Positions 1 through 9,355 of a stretch of DNA of 64,000 nt are shown here, piece after piece; the stretch's first letter is position 1, and each line of letters opens with the position of its first letter. The stretch lies in assembly GCA_038740345.1 (NCBI GenBank), contig JAVYMA010000009.1:3017-67016 (forward strand). The letters run 5' to 3'. The notes beneath the pieces are model-generated. The model was given only the letters and a program-made list of their open reading frames with translations. It had not been told where the DNA came from and made no database searches. The DNA comes from Methanomassiliicoccales archaeon. Its GTDB lineage: Archaea; Thermoplasmatota; Thermoplasmata; Methanomassiliicoccales; UBA472. A program made the translations under genes and the position numbers.

Positions 1-450
1 GCATTAGATAAATACGGCCTAAGGCCTCACGACATCACAATCCTGGTCAGCACTCATTCGCATCTGGACCATAGAGGGAATGACGACCTATTCCCCTCCG
101 CCAGGAGGCTGTCAATGATAGGAGAGGGCGAGCCTGGGGAATCGATTCCCCTCGCTTCGGGTGTGGTAATGGTCCGTACCCCAGGGCACACGCCGGATAG
201 CGGGAGCGTCTTTGTCGAGGGCGAGAAGCGCTTCGCCATCGCTGGAGATGCCATCCCCACCCGGGACAATATCATGAAATGGCTTCCTCCTGGCATCCAT
301 TATGACAAACGCTTGGCGCTGCGAAGTATGAGCATGATTGTGAGATTCGCCGATGTGGTCATCCCAGGTCACGGACCTCCTTTCGAGCTGGATGAAATAA
401 TTAAAATAAGACGAAAGGGCAATGGAGAAGATGATGAGAGAGAAGGGTGA
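1..450 (+). CDS. MBL-fold metallo-hydrolase, 5' end cut by window edge
   Basis: Frame 1 is open from nt 1. It reads ...ILVSTHSHLDHRGN... (HxHxDH zinc motif), then ...RTPGHTPDS... and ...VIPGHGPP..., with the stop at 448-450. Confidence 0.7.
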   Translation, partial: ALDKYGLRPHDITILVSTHSHLDHRGNDDLFPSARRLSMIGEGEPGESIPLASGVVMVRTPGHTPDSGSVFVEGEKRFAIAGDAIPTRDNIMKWLPPGIHYDKRLALRSMSMIVRFADVVIPGHGPPFELDEIIKIRRKGNGEDDEREG

Positions 451-1051
451 TATGTCGATACCGAATTCCCTCTACTTGGATTGCCCCTCCTGCGGGGAAA
501 AGAGGTTGCACGAGGTTCTGCGTGGTAGGCTTTCTCGAGGAGGGGACGTCATGGAGACTACGGTCAGGTGTCAAGAGTGTAATCATGTGCATGTGACGGT
601 GGTGCGCGAACCATCCTCAGTCAAGCTTCCCCTTTTACTCAGCGACATGGGGGAGACAAGGAAACTGGATTCTGAGTTCGCTGAGGATGAGTTGGTGTCT
701 GTGGGGGACGAGCTCTTCGTGGGAGAGTATAATGTGGTGATCACCGCCATTGAGAAGGAGGAAGGGCGGGCAGCTCAAGCTTTAGCCAAGGAGATAAAGG
801 CCATATGGGCCAAGAGATACGATAGGGTGCGGGTGAAGGTCTCGGTGAACAAGACCTCCAGGACGTTGGCCGCGGAGCTCACGGCCCTGCCTGAAGAGGA
901 GTTCTATGTGGGCGATCTGCTGGCCATCGGAAGGGACAATGTCGTGATTCATGGCATAAAGACGAAGGAGGGAATGGTGCGCCAGGGCGGCGTGGCGGCG
1001 AGGGATATCGTCCGCATCTACGCCAAGAGCGCCCGGACCACCTATTCGTGA
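422..1051 (+). CDS. Conserved archaeal Zn-ribbon protein (CPSCG...CQEC), function unknown
   Basis: 209-aa ORF with an N-terminal CxxC...CxxC ribbon (CPSCGEKRLHEV...VRCQECNH). The stop lies 1 nt before the pcm start, suggesting coupling. An alternative ATG at 452 would remove the overlap with the upstream gene. Confidence 0.55.
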   Translation: MEKMMREKGDMSIPNSLYLDCPSCGEKRLHEVLRGRLSRGGDVMETTVRCQECNHVHVTVVREPSSVKLPLLLSDMGETRKLDSEFAEDELVSVGDELFVGEYNVVITAIEKEEGRAAQALAKEIKAIWAKRYDRVRVKVSVNKTSRTLAAELTALPEEEFYVGDLLAIGRDNVVIHGIKTKEGMVRQGGVAARDIVRIYAKSARTTYS

Positions 1052-1052
1052 T

Positions 1053-1706
1053 ATGAAACCCGATGAGATGAGGGCCAGAATGGTGGCTAGGCTTCGAGCC
1101 TCAGGATACATTCGCAGCGAACGCGTGGCCCAGGCCATGCTAGCCGTCCCTAGGCACGAGTTCGTGCCTGCTGATCTGAGGGAAAAGGCGTATGCGGATA
1201 CGCCATTGCACATAGGGGAGGGGCAGACCATCAGCGCCCCTCACATGGTGGCTATCATGCTGGAGGCGTTAGAGCTCCGACCGGGACTGAAAGTGCTAGA
1301 GGTGGGATGTGGCTCTGGCTATCACGCGGCGGTCATGGCCGAGATGATCAGGCCGGGAGGGAAAGTTTACAGCATAGAGAGGCTGCCTAGCCTTGTGACC
1401 ATGGCTAGACGGAACCTGGAAGCGGCAGGGTATGCTGATTGGGTAGAGGTTATAGAGGGCGATGGGACTTTAGGACTCCCTGAGCAAGCGCCTTTCGATC
1501 GCATCTCCGTGGCCGCCGCCGCTCCTGACATACCAGCTCCGCTGAAGGAGCAATTGGCTGAGGAGGGTATGATGCTAGTGCCAGTGGGGGGCGCCTTCTA
1601 TCAAGAGTTGATACTCGTGGTGAAGAGGAAGGGCAAACTCACTACTAAGAATCTAGGGGGCTGCGCCTTCGTGCCCTTGGTGGGAAGATATGGCAACAAA
1701 GCCTGA
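1053..1706 (+). CDS. pcm: Protein-L-isoaspartate O-methyltransferase
   Basis: GQTISAPHMVAIMLEAL plus the SAM motif VLEVGCGSGYHAAVMAEM. Length 217 aa is typical for the family. Confidence 0.9.
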   Translation: MKPDEMRARMVARLRASGYIRSERVAQAMLAVPRHEFVPADLREKAYADTPLHIGEGQTISAPHMVAIMLEALELRPGLKVLEVGCGSGYHAAVMAEMIRPGGKVYSIERLPSLVTMARRNLEAAGYADWVEVIEGDGTLGLPEQAPFDRISVAAAAPDIPAPLKEQLAEEGMMLVPVGGAFYQELILVVKRKGKLTTKNLGGCAFVPLVGRYGNKA

Positions 1707-2390
1707 TCATTCATGCCCATCTAGAATATAAGGCAGGATAGCAGTCAGGCTCCCCCCTTCCACAACATAGGTGGCGCTCCGCCTCACCACCTCGTCCGAA
1801 GGATTGTAGGCGATGCTCATCCCCGCGGCCTCGAACATAGAGACATCGATGAAGCTGTCCCCGATGGCAGCGGTGCGTTCGCGGGGTACGTTGAATTTAG
1901 CCATGCAGCTCTCCAAGGCGGCACGCTTGTTCTTTAGCTGCACTCGCAATATGCCCTCCCCGGTCAATAGCCCCTTCTCATCACATTCCACGCCATTGGC
2001 GAAATAATCGTCGAAGCCGTAGCGCCTAGCGATCCTCTCAGCCACCAGGTCGATACCTCCGGATATGATGACCGTGCGCACCCCACTCTCTTTCAAACGG
2101 GAGACGGTCTCAGCTATGCCTTCGCTCATGGGAAGTGGCTCCAGGATAGAACGGAGGTCATCGCGGCAAAGGGTAGGATGCTTCGCTTTCCACAGGGCTA
2201 TGTCCCGGCGCATGAACTCCAGATCATCGATCTCCCCCCGCACGAACAGCTCTAGCGAACGCTCATTGTCCACAGAGAAATGATCATGGATCCAGGTCCA
2301 GCAACTGCGATAGTCGACCAGCACACCGTCCATGTCGAATGCAACTAAGTCATATTTTCTTTTCGCGCTCACCAATCTATCCAAACGCAT
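1707..2390 (-). CDS. HAD-superfamily hydrolase, phosphoserine phosphatase (SerB)-like
   Basis: Carries the DxD nucleophile motif (LVAFDMDGVLV), ISGG, and the C-terminal GDSFIDVSMF. I place the start at ATG 2388-2390 (MRLDRLVSAKRKYDLVAFDMDG); the longer ORF up to 2555 adds a non-homologous leader. Confidence 0.7.
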   Translation of the reverse strand: MRLDRLVSAKRKYDLVAFDMDGVLVDYRSCWTWIHDHFSVDNERSLELFVRGEIDDLEFMRRDIALWKAKHPTLCRDDLRSILEPLPMSEGIAETVSRLKESGVRTVIISGGIDLVAERIARRYGFDDYFANGVECDEKGLLTGEGILRVQLKNKRAALESCMAKFNVPRERTAAIGDSFIDVSMFEAAGMSIAYNPSDEVVRRSATYVVEGGSLTAILPYILDGHE

Positions 2391-2496
2391 CTCAATAATA
2401 AACGCTTCGCCATTTCCGCATAAATCTGATGAATTTAAAGAGCAAAAACCAATCACGCGCAAAGGATTATGAAGGGAGGGAAAGGTGAGAGGCGCA

Positions 2497-3207
2497 ATGA
2501 TCACTCTTGTGGGCGTAGGCCATGTGTTCGATATCAAGAAGCAGGTGAGGGACATAATCCTAGAGGAGAGGCCTGCAGCAGTATGCGTGGAACTGGATCC
2601 TGGCCGCTATCAGGCACTGAAGGACCCTGCCTCGCGCGCCCGTATGCCTCCGACCTATCGGTTGCTATCGCACTTCCAGAAGCGCATGGCCAAGGATTTC
2701 GGGGGGGAGCTTGGTTCGGAGATGCTTTCTGCCATCGATACCGCCCAGGGGCAGGGAATACCAGTGCTGCTGATCGATGCCGATGCGGCTCAGCTCTTCT
2801 CCAAGCTCTGGCAGGAGATGTCCTTCAGGGAAAGGGTGCTCCTCACCTTCTCTGCTCTGATGGGAATCTTCAGCAGCAGGAAGAAGGTGGAGAAAGAGTT
2901 GGAGAGGTTCACACAGCAGGAGGAAGCGTATCTTGAGGAATTCGGGAAGGAATATCCTACGCTGAAGCGAGTGCTGATAGACGAGCGCAATCAGCTCATG
3001 GCCAATCGCATCGCGGAAGCGGAGGCAAGATACCTCAACGTGTTGGCCGTGGTGGGCGATGGTCATGTAGAAGGTATCAGGAGGCTGCTCTCCCCCAGGG
3101 ATATCAGGGTTATAAGGCTGAAGCATCTGCTGGATGGAGAATATCTTGGCACCAGAGCGAAAGTGGGGGAGGGGAATAAGGAGGTATCCTTCCAATTCGA
3201 CCTTTGA
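2497..3207 (+). CDS. TraB/GumN family protein
   Basis: The N-terminus ITLVGVGHVFDIKKQV...PAAVCVELD matches the TraB-family pattern (GTAH..S....PD.V.VELD). A GTG at 2485 is an alternative start. Confidence 0.65.
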   Translation: MITLVGVGHVFDIKKQVRDIILEERPAAVCVELDPGRYQALKDPASRARMPPTYRLLSHFQKRMAKDFGGELGSEMLSAIDTAQGQGIPVLLIDADAAQLFSKLWQEMSFRERVLLTFSALMGIFSSRKKVEKELERFTQQEEAYLEEFGKEYPTLKRVLIDERNQLMANRIAEAEARYLNVLAVVGDGHVEGIRRLLSPRDIRVIRLKHLLDGEYLGTRAKVGEGNKEVSFQFDL

Positions 3208-3285
3208 TGATAGCCTTTTAGGTGAAATGAGGTGCCAAGAGTGGGAGGTTTTTAATCGTCGCTCGGAACTCTACCCTCAGAGTTC

Positions 3286-3966
3286 ATGAAGGTAACCCTC
3301 CTATCTTATACCAAGGAAGCTGAAAAGCTATGCGCTGCGGCCGCGCGCTCATGCTATTCTAAGAAGACGGCTAGCCAGCTCTTGGAGGAGATGGATCAGG
3401 AGAGGGCAGGAAAGACTATCGCAGAGATCACAGGCATGGGCCATCACTCCGTAGTCGAGCATGCCAGCTACACCTTCTCCATTGAGGGTGTTTCAAGGGC
3501 ACTAACGCATCAATTGGTACGACATCGCATCGCCTCCTACTCGCAGCAATCTCAGAGGTACGTCTCCCTAGATGAGGAGACGTTCGTGACTCCTCCCTCT
3601 ATAGCCGAAGATGATGAGCTTAAGAAAGAGTTCGAGGACTTGATGCGCAAAGCCTGGGAGTGCTATAGGACACTATCAAGCAGAGTTCCCTCTGAGGACG
3701 CGCGCTACGCCTTACCTAACGCCTGCACCACCAACATCACTGTCACCATGAACGCTCGCGAGCTCCTGCATTTCTTCTCGCTGCGCTGCTGCCGCCGTGC
3801 CCAATGGGAGCTAAGAGAGGTGGCGGATGAGATGCTACGGCAGGTCAAGAGAGTCTCGCCGAACATATTCTCAGAGGCGGGGCCTGGATGCGTTCGAGGT
3901 CCCTGTCCAGAGGGCAAGAAGAGCTGCGGCAGGAGCAGACGGCAGGAACTGAAAAATCTTAAATAG
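3286..3966 (+). CDS. thyX: Flavin-dependent thymidylate synthase
   Basis: Contains the ThyX signature [14 protein letters not shown] (RHRxxSxxxxSxR) and [12 protein letters not shown]. Confidence 0.9.
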
Positions 3967-4001
3967 GCATAGACCTTAACCCGCCATCACCCGGTGTAAA
4001 C

Positions 4002-4196
4002 ATGGGAAGGATCAGGCCAACATATATCAAGAGGGTAGCTATAGAATTGGTCGAGAAGTACCCCCGGCTCTTCACCAACGACTTCGAGGTCAACAAGCAG
4101 CTGGTGGAGAAGCTCACCAACGTGCAATCAGTGGCCATGCGCAACCGCATCGCTGGCTATGTGACTCGCTACCACCAGAATAATAAGAATGCATAG
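4002..4196 (+). CDS. rps17e: 30S ribosomal protein S17e (eS17)
   Basis: [35 protein letters not shown] is the conserved eS17 N-terminus. Length is 64 aa. Confidence 0.9.
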
Positions 4197-4237
4197 GCGA
4201 CATCCTTTTGTTCAGACCTATCCATTCGCTTTCGTTT

Positions 4238-5203
4238 ATGGCGCCAGCTATAGAAGCGCATTCCCTTACCCGCATATTCTCAGGCGGAAAGGGCAAAGGG
4301 CCGCTCACCGCCCTTGACAATATCGACTTGAGGGTGGAAGAAGGGGAGCTATTCGGCCTCCTCGGACCTAACGGGGCGGGCAAGACCACGCTGATCAAGA
4401 TCTTGTGCACATTGCTCCTTCCCAGCTCTGGAACGGTAAAAGTCCTGGGGCACGATGTGGAGACAGAGTTCCAGGCTATCAGGCCGCGCATAAACATGGT
4501 CTCGGGAGGAGAGACCTCAGGGTATGGGCTACTCACGGTGAAAGAGAACCTTTGGATGTTCTCCCAGTTCTATGGCATCGAGGGCAAGGTGGCGAAGCAG
4601 AGAATCTCCCAGATGCTCGAGTTGTTTGGCATGGCTGACAAGGCTAATTCCGTGGTCCGTACCCTATCCACCGGTCAGAGGCAGAAGATGAACGTCATAC
4701 GGGGTTTCGTCACCGATCCCGACCTTATCTTCCTGGACGAGCCGACATTAGGCCTGGATGTCAATGCCAGCATGACCATTCGCTCATTCATTCGCGATTG
4801 GGTGAAGAGACAGCCTGGGAAGACAGTCATGCTGACCACGCACTATATGATGGAGGCGGAGGAGCTGTGCGATCGTGTAGCCATTATAGACCGGGGGCGG
4901 ATATTGGCCTGCGACACCCCTCAGAACCTAAGACGCAGCGTGGCGCGCCACTCCACCTTCACCATCCTCACCACGCCCTGCGCTTGCCTCACGGAGCTGA
5001 GTGGTATGCGGGGGGTCCAGGGGTTGAATGTGAGCCGAAAGGGTGAGAATGAAGAGGTGCGCTTGGTCCTAGAAGAGGAGGCCTTCATAAGCGACGTCAT
5101 CTCCTTCCTGACCTCCAAGGGCTCTAAGATAATCTCGCTGACGAAGAACGAGCCTACTTTAGAGGATGTTTTCATACAGATGGTGGGGAGGGGATTCGCC
5201 TGA
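4238..5203 (+). CDS. ABC transporter ATP-binding protein (ABC-2/DrrA-like)
   Basis: Walker A GPNGAGKTT, signature LSTGQRQ and Walker B LIFLDEPT. The ATG at 4238 gives MAPAIEAHSLTRIF; the ORF is open from 4208. Confidence 0.9.
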   Translation: MAPAIEAHSLTRIFSGGKGKGPLTALDNIDLRVEEGELFGLLGPNGAGKTTLIKILCTLLLPSSGTVKVLGHDVETEFQAIRPRINMVSGGETSGYGLLTVKENLWMFSQFYGIEGKVAKQRISQMLELFGMADKANSVVRTLSTGQRQKMNVIRGFVTDPDLIFLDEPTLGLDVNASMTIRSFIRDWVKRQPGKTVMLTTHYMMEAEELCDRVAIIDRGRILACDTPQNLRRSVARHSTFTILTTPCACLTELSGMRGVQGLNVSRKGENEEVRLVLEEEAFISDVISFLTSKGSKIISLTKNEPTLEDVFIQMVGRGFA

Positions 5204-5229
5204 GCTCTCTTCTTCTAGAGCTGCGGGCC

Positions 5230-6015
5230 ATGGTGGGAAGGGCCTATCCGCGCATCATAGGCATTCGCAGGGAGCCTTCCTGGTTGCTCTTCGACATCTT
5301 CCTGCCTGTGCTAGGGATAGCAGCCTTCATATTCTATTATAGGGCCATGGGAGCGCCTGAGGTATTCACTGGTTTCGTAGTCCTGGGGGGAGCTATGACC
5401 GCTTTCTGGCTCAATGTCTTGTGGTCTATGGCGGCGCAGTTCTACTGGGAGAAGGAGACGGGAAACCTGCAGCTCTATCTCATGGCGCCTATGTCGCGCA
5501 TGTCCGTACTGGCAGGGATGGCGGTGGGGGGCATGTTCCTCACTAGCGTCAGAGCCCTATCCACCTTTTTCCTCGGTTTCGTTATTTTCGGCGTCACCTT
5601 GAGCGTGCAACATCCCTGGGCTCTTTTAGCTCTTTTTCTCGTGACTTTAGTGGCCCTCTACGGCATGGGAATGATGTTCTCCTCGCTCTACATGCTTTAT
5701 GGAAGGGGAGCATGGCACATATCCAATCTCTTGCAGGAACCCATATACCTCCTCTCTGGGTTCTATTTCCCCGTGCGACAGCTGGGGTTCTGGGTGGCAG
5801 TGGCGGGGAGCGTAATCCCCATAACCCTGGGCTTGGATGGGATGCGGCAGCTGATGTTTTCCGGTGCGGATGTCGATCCCCTTTTACACTGGAGCTGGGA
5901 GCTCATCATATTGATGGCTCTGGCAGTGGTATTCCTGCTCGGGGCGAGGTACGCGCTTCGCTTCATGGAGCATTTGGGGAAGAAGGAAGGGAGGCTGACC
6001 CTTAGATGGCAGTGA
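5230..6015 (+). CDS. ABC-2 type transporter permease
   Basis: 261-aa polytopic membrane protein lying directly after the ATPase. It overlaps the next permease by 10 nt. Confidence 0.75.
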   Translation: MVGRAYPRIIGIRREPSWLLFDIFLPVLGIAAFIFYYRAMGAPEVFTGFVVLGGAMTAFWLNVLWSMAAQFYWEKETGNLQLYLMAPMSRMSVLAGMAVGGMFLTSVRALSTFFLGFVIFGVTLSVQHPWALLALFLVTLVALYGMGMMFSSLYMLYGRGAWHISNLLQEPIYLLSGFYFPVRQLGFWVAVAGSVIPITLGLDGMRQLMFSGADVDPLLHWSWELIILMALAVVFLLGARYALRFMEHLGKKEGRLTLRWQ

Positions 6016-6863
6016 AAAATCATCTCAGGACCTTGAAGCTGTCTGCCTGGCTGGGCTGGGAGATGGAATATAATTGGACCAATCCCTGGCTCTTCGCCCT
6101 ATACTCTATTGTGAAGCCCATATCCGCCACTCTGATCCTCGTGATAATGTATCTTGTCATCTGGGACTCTGTCGCCGCCGCTCCTGAAATCTTCTCTTAC
6201 ATGTTCGTGGGAAACGCCTTCTACATGTATGTAGCACAGGTGCTCTTCGGAATAGTGATGGTGGTGCATGAGGATAGGGAGCACTATCAAACCTTGAAGC
6301 AGGTCTACATCGCCCCCATCTCCTTTTATTTATACATCGTGGGCAGGGCGGTGCCTAAGATAGTCATCACCACCGTGGCGGCCCTCATCACCTTGGCCTT
6401 TGGGGTCTTGGTGTTGGGATTGCCTCTTGAGCTCTCGCAGGTGGATTGGCTCATGCTGTCGCTGGCCATGGCCGTGGGGTTGTTCTGCATATGCATGATA
6501 GGCATAGCTTTGGCAGGAGTCTCTATGCTCACGGCCAAGCACAGCATGGGCATCAATGAAGGGATTGCTGGCATGTTCTACCTCTTCTGTGGCGTGGTAT
6601 TCCCTATCACTTTCCTGCCAACTTGGGGGGAGGCCATAGGAAGGGCGATACCTATAACCTATTGGTTGGAGATGGTGCGCCGAGCCATGCTGCCGGAGCA
6701 GATACGGTGGGATAGTGGTCTTAGCGCGTACTCCACTAACGAAATGATATTAGCGTTGCTGGGAACGAGTATGCTCTTCCTCGTCCTTTCCTTGGGGATA
6801 TTCAAGTATGCTGATTATCTGGCCAGGAAGAAGGGTAAATTGGACATGACCACCACCTATTAG
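6006..6863 (+). CDS. ABC-2 type transporter permease (second subunit)
   Basis: 285-aa polytopic membrane protein in an operon arrangement with 4238-6015. Confidence 0.75.
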   Translation: MAVKNHLRTLKLSAWLGWEMEYNWTNPWLFALYSIVKPISATLILVIMYLVIWDSVAAAPEIFSYMFVGNAFYMYVAQVLFGIVMVVHEDREHYQTLKQVYIAPISFYLYIVGRAVPKIVITTVAALITLAFGVLVLGLPLELSQVDWLMLSLAMAVGLFCICMIGIALAGVSMLTAKHSMGINEGIAGMFYLFCGVVFPITFLPTWGEAIGRAIPITYWLEMVRRAMLPEQIRWDSGLSAYSTNEMILALLGTSMLFLVLSLGIFKYADYLARKKGKLDMTTTY

Positions 6864-6869
6864 AGGAAG

Positions 6870-6879
6870 TTAAATATAA
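6870..6879 (+). promoter_or_regulatory. TATA-like box upstream of tRNA-Arg(GCG)
   Basis: TTAAATATAA lies about 30-35 nt before the tRNA 5' end. It is a position and sequence match only. Confidence 0.3.
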
Positions 6880-6909
6880 GAACCAGCGAGTCTTGAGGGA
6901 AAATCGTCG

Positions 6910-6983
6910 GCCCGAGTGGGGTAGCTTGGACATCCTAGCAGGCTGCGGACCTGCAGACCCGGTTTCGAATACCGGCTCGGGCG
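6910..6983 (+). tRNA. tRNA-Arg (anticodon GCG)
   Basis: Cloverleaf folded by hand:
- Acceptor: GCCCGAG/CTCGGGC.
- D stem: GGGT/TCCT.
- Anticodon arm: GCAGG-CTGCGGA-CCTGC.
- Variable loop: 4 nt, AGAC.
- T arm: CCGGT-TTCGAAT-ACCGG.
- Discriminator G; no encoded CCA. Confidence 0.85.
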
Positions 6984-6994
6984 CTCCTTTCTCA

Positions 6995-8926
6995 TCACAG
7001 CCCTACTCTTTCCTTGATCTCCACGTCCCCGGGGGGCAGGATGCGAGATATTTCCTCCTCAGGCACTTGCAGCTCCTTCGCTAAGCTGGAGGAAAGCTTG
7101 CTTCGAGGCATATCCCCCGGAATGATAACCACATACTTGCTAGAGGAGCGAAGGGAGGAGGGAGGGCCGCACATGACCTTGCGCGCTCCCTGGACTTGGA
7201 CCTCGCCCACAGCTAGCTCCATCTGGATATGGTGTACGTAGTTGCGCTTCCCGCGGATCACGAACGCGCCTCTAGGGACGAACTCTCCCGCTTCTGGCGT
7301 CTTGGAGACCTGGTCAGGTAGCACCCAATAGGCGCTCCCCTCCCTTATCCCCGCGTTCCAGGCCTTGGAGTGAGCTAGAGCGAAGGCGCAAGCTTCCTCC
7401 AGCTCCTTCTCTGTGGCGCTCGCCCCCTCCTTTATGACCACACTGGGAGCGCCGTGCACATCGGCGTGGGCGTAACGGTCCGCTGGCGTAAGATGCTTCT
7501 TCACTAACTGGTCATTGGTGCGCGCATCTCTCCCCGCGAGGACAAGACGTCCTCCGCTGGTGAAGAACCATTTATAGGCCTCGAACCAGAACTGCTTGGT
7601 AGGCTTGATCTCCAATCTTTCCTGCTGCGCTTGGAGCGCTTCTTTTTGTCTCAGCTCGTTGATTTTACTTTCTGTCTCCTTTATCAGTTGTGAGGAGCGT
7701 TCGGCCTTATCCCTCGCGTCCCTGGCCTGAGCATAGAGCAGACTCGCGTTCTCCTCCAATCCTTTGGTGTAATCCACTCTTATCTCAATCCCTGCCAGTA
7801 AAATATCGGCCTCTCGCCTCTCAGGAAATATGGATGCGATCTGGGCATCGCCTTTGACCCTTTGCCTGACCTCGTCCCAATCTAGGCCCCTAAGCTCAGC
7901 CAGGCGAGCTAGGATGGTTTGAGCTTCAGAATAGTTGGAATAGAGGGTTTCCGCTTTTTTCGTCAGTTCGGTTGCTTCGGCTCGAGACTTGGATTCCGCC
8001 TCTCTAAGTTGAGTGAGCTGCCTTTCCAGGCGCTGTATCTCTGGATTGCCCACGGACATCTCTTGCAAGAGACTGGCCTTCTCCAAATAGTACCCTAGGG
8101 CTTCAGAAAAGCTGGGGAATTCATGCTTTTTCACGCTCTGATATAGAAGCAGGGGAATGGGAGTGGCGTCCAGCGGCTTCTCACCGTTCTGCATATAAAG
8201 GTATCCGTGCTGGCATGTGGCTGTTTGTTGCACAAGTTCCAATGCGATGCGGGATATCGCCGCTAGATCCTCGGCACTCATTTCACTGGCTTTTTTGGCC
8301 TTATCTATTCCCGCACGCAAGCAGACCTCTTCGGCATACAGGCCACCGAGATTGACTACCGTGGCCAAAGTCCTTACCAGGTCTGATTTGGAGGATTGCA
8401 CGGCAAGTTTAAAGTCCTCCACCTTCTTGACAAGTGGATTGAATCGGGCCGGAGGGAATTCGTAACTCGCTCCTGGTCGCACATCGCGATGCTTCCAAGT
8501 TTTGGAGACAAGGCAATTTATTATCTTGCTCTGGTTGACAAGAAGCAGATTCCCGTCCCCGAAAAGCTCGATTATCACCTGATATTCTTCTTCTTTTTTA
8601 ACATCCAATACCACCACTCTGTCGAATTGATGCTGGCGCACGCTCGTGATGCGAGCATTGGAAAGAAGCTTGCGCAGGTGGACGGCGAATTGGGAAGGAG
8701 CTTCTGGGATGTTGGGCCTCTCCTTCGCGAGGAAGAGAAACCTCTGATCGAGGAGGAGCACCTCTCTTCTACCCACTCCGGGGACATTCACCCTCAACAG
8801 CACGTTCCTCTTATCCCAATGGAAGATCTTGTCTAGGTATCCTCCGATGAGCTCCTGCATCTCTTGGACCACGCGTAGCACATCGAAGGCGCTCATCTCC
8901 TTCTTCATCGTTGATATGAAACTCAA
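6995..8926 (-). CDS. NFACT-family protein (Rqc2/NEMF/FbpA homologue, ribosome quality control)
   Basis: 643 aa. It has an N-terminal NFACT-N-like region, a long central coiled coil, and a C-terminal NFACT-R/DUF814-like block (RYAHADVHGAPSVVIKEG...AYWV). Confidence 0.8.
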   Translation of the reverse strand: MSFISTMKKEMSAFDVLRVVQEMQELIGGYLDKIFHWDKRNVLLRVNVPGVGRREVLLLDQRFLFLAKERPNIPEAPSQFAVHLRKLLSNARITSVRQHQFDRVVVLDVKKEEEYQVIIELFGDGNLLLVNQSKIINCLVSKTWKHRDVRPGASYEFPPARFNPLVKKVEDFKLAVQSSKSDLVRTLATVVNLGGLYAEEVCLRAGIDKAKKASEMSAEDLAAISRIALELVQQTATCQHGYLYMQNGEKPLDATPIPLLLYQSVKKHEFPSFSEALGYYLEKASLLQEMSVGNPEIQRLERQLTQLREAESKSRAEATELTKKAETLYSNYSEAQTILARLAELRGLDWDEVRQRVKGDAQIASIFPERREADILLAGIEIRVDYTKGLEENASLLYAQARDARDKAERSSQLIKETESKINELRQKEALQAQQERLEIKPTKQFWFEAYKWFFTSGGRLVLAGRDARTNDQLVKKHLTPADRYAHADVHGAPSVVIKEGASATEKELEEACAFALAHSKAWNAGIREGSAYWVLPDQVSKTPEAGEFVPRGAFVIRGKRNYVHHIQMELAVGEVQVQGARKVMCGPPSSLRSSSKYVVIIPGDMPRSKLSSSLAKELQVPEEEISRILPPGDVEIKERVGL

Positions 8927-8963
8927 TCTTCTGGAAAATACTTGTGGCCGAGCCTCTCGAAAT

Positions 8964-8972
8964 CTTTATCAA
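8964..8972 (+). promoter_or_regulatory. TATA-like box upstream of tRNA-Thr
   Basis: CTTTATCAA is centred about 30 nt before the tRNA 5' end at 8998. Confidence 0.3.
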
Positions 8973-8997
8973 TGACGAGCGTCTACGAGTGGCAGAC

Positions 8998-9097
8998 GCC
9001 ACTGTGGCTTAGAGGTAGCGCTACTGGATTAGCGCCTCTAAATAGCGACGCCTTGGTAAGGCGTAGGTCGAGGGTTCGAGTCCCTCCAGTGGCTCCA
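8998..9097 (+). tRNA. tRNA-Thr (anticodon GGU) with a 25-nt non-canonical intron in the D-loop (about 9017-9041); CCA encoded
   Basis: Cloverleaf folded by hand:
- Acceptor: GCCACTG/CAGTGGC.
- Anticodon arm: ACGCC-TTGGTAA-GGCGT (9048-9064).
- Variable loop: AGGTC.
- T arm: GAGGG-TTCGAGT-CCCTC.
- Discriminator T, then CCA.

The D region is 25 nt too long. Removing 9017-9041 restores GCTT-AGAGGTA-TAGC. Confidence 0.8.
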
Positions 9098-9355
9098 TCT
9101 CCCTCTCAACCTCCATTTTAAAAGCACAGGCATATTGATATCTATTCCTCAGGGCATCTTGTTCGCTGAGACAGGATTGTAAAAATGAAGTTCGATGCGA
9201 CCCTGGACTCGATGAGAATCTTAGGCCTAAAAGCGGACATTAATCATCTATTTGCGTACACCGTGATTCCTTCAAGAGCACTCGGAAACGTCGGCTATGG
9301 ATAAATTCAGGAATGAGTAGGCTTTGAGCCCTTCAATTACGTTCGTTTATCCCTT

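Noticed and set aside
2665-3195. 176-aa minus-strand ORF and the 155-aa plus-strand ORF at 2469-2936.
   Set aside because: Both overlap the TraB-family gene in other frames and have no motifs. The TraB frame carries the family signature.
3205-3285. Possible C/D-box sRNA: TGATGA at 3205-3210, followed 12 nt later by TGAA and a degenerate ATGAGG.
   Set aside because: There is no terminal CUGA D box at the expected spacing, and the C'/D' boxes are degenerate. The TGATGA simply includes the TraB stop codon.
9016-9047. Alternative parse of tRNA-Thr with a 27-nt intron at position 26/27, because TAGCG occurs twice (9016-9020 and 9043-9047).
   Set aside because: That parse leaves a 5-nt D-loop lacking A21 and places neither junction in a bulge. 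The 25-nt excision (9017-9041) puts both cuts in 3-nt bulges flanking a 4-bp helix and restores a canonical D-loop.
9185-9304. 39-aa ORF (MKFDATLDSMRILGLKADINHLFAYTVIPSRALGNVGYG) in the gap after tRNA-Thr.
   Set aside because: It has no recognisable family, no obvious ribosome-binding site, and is too short to distinguish from chance. It is not reported as a gene.
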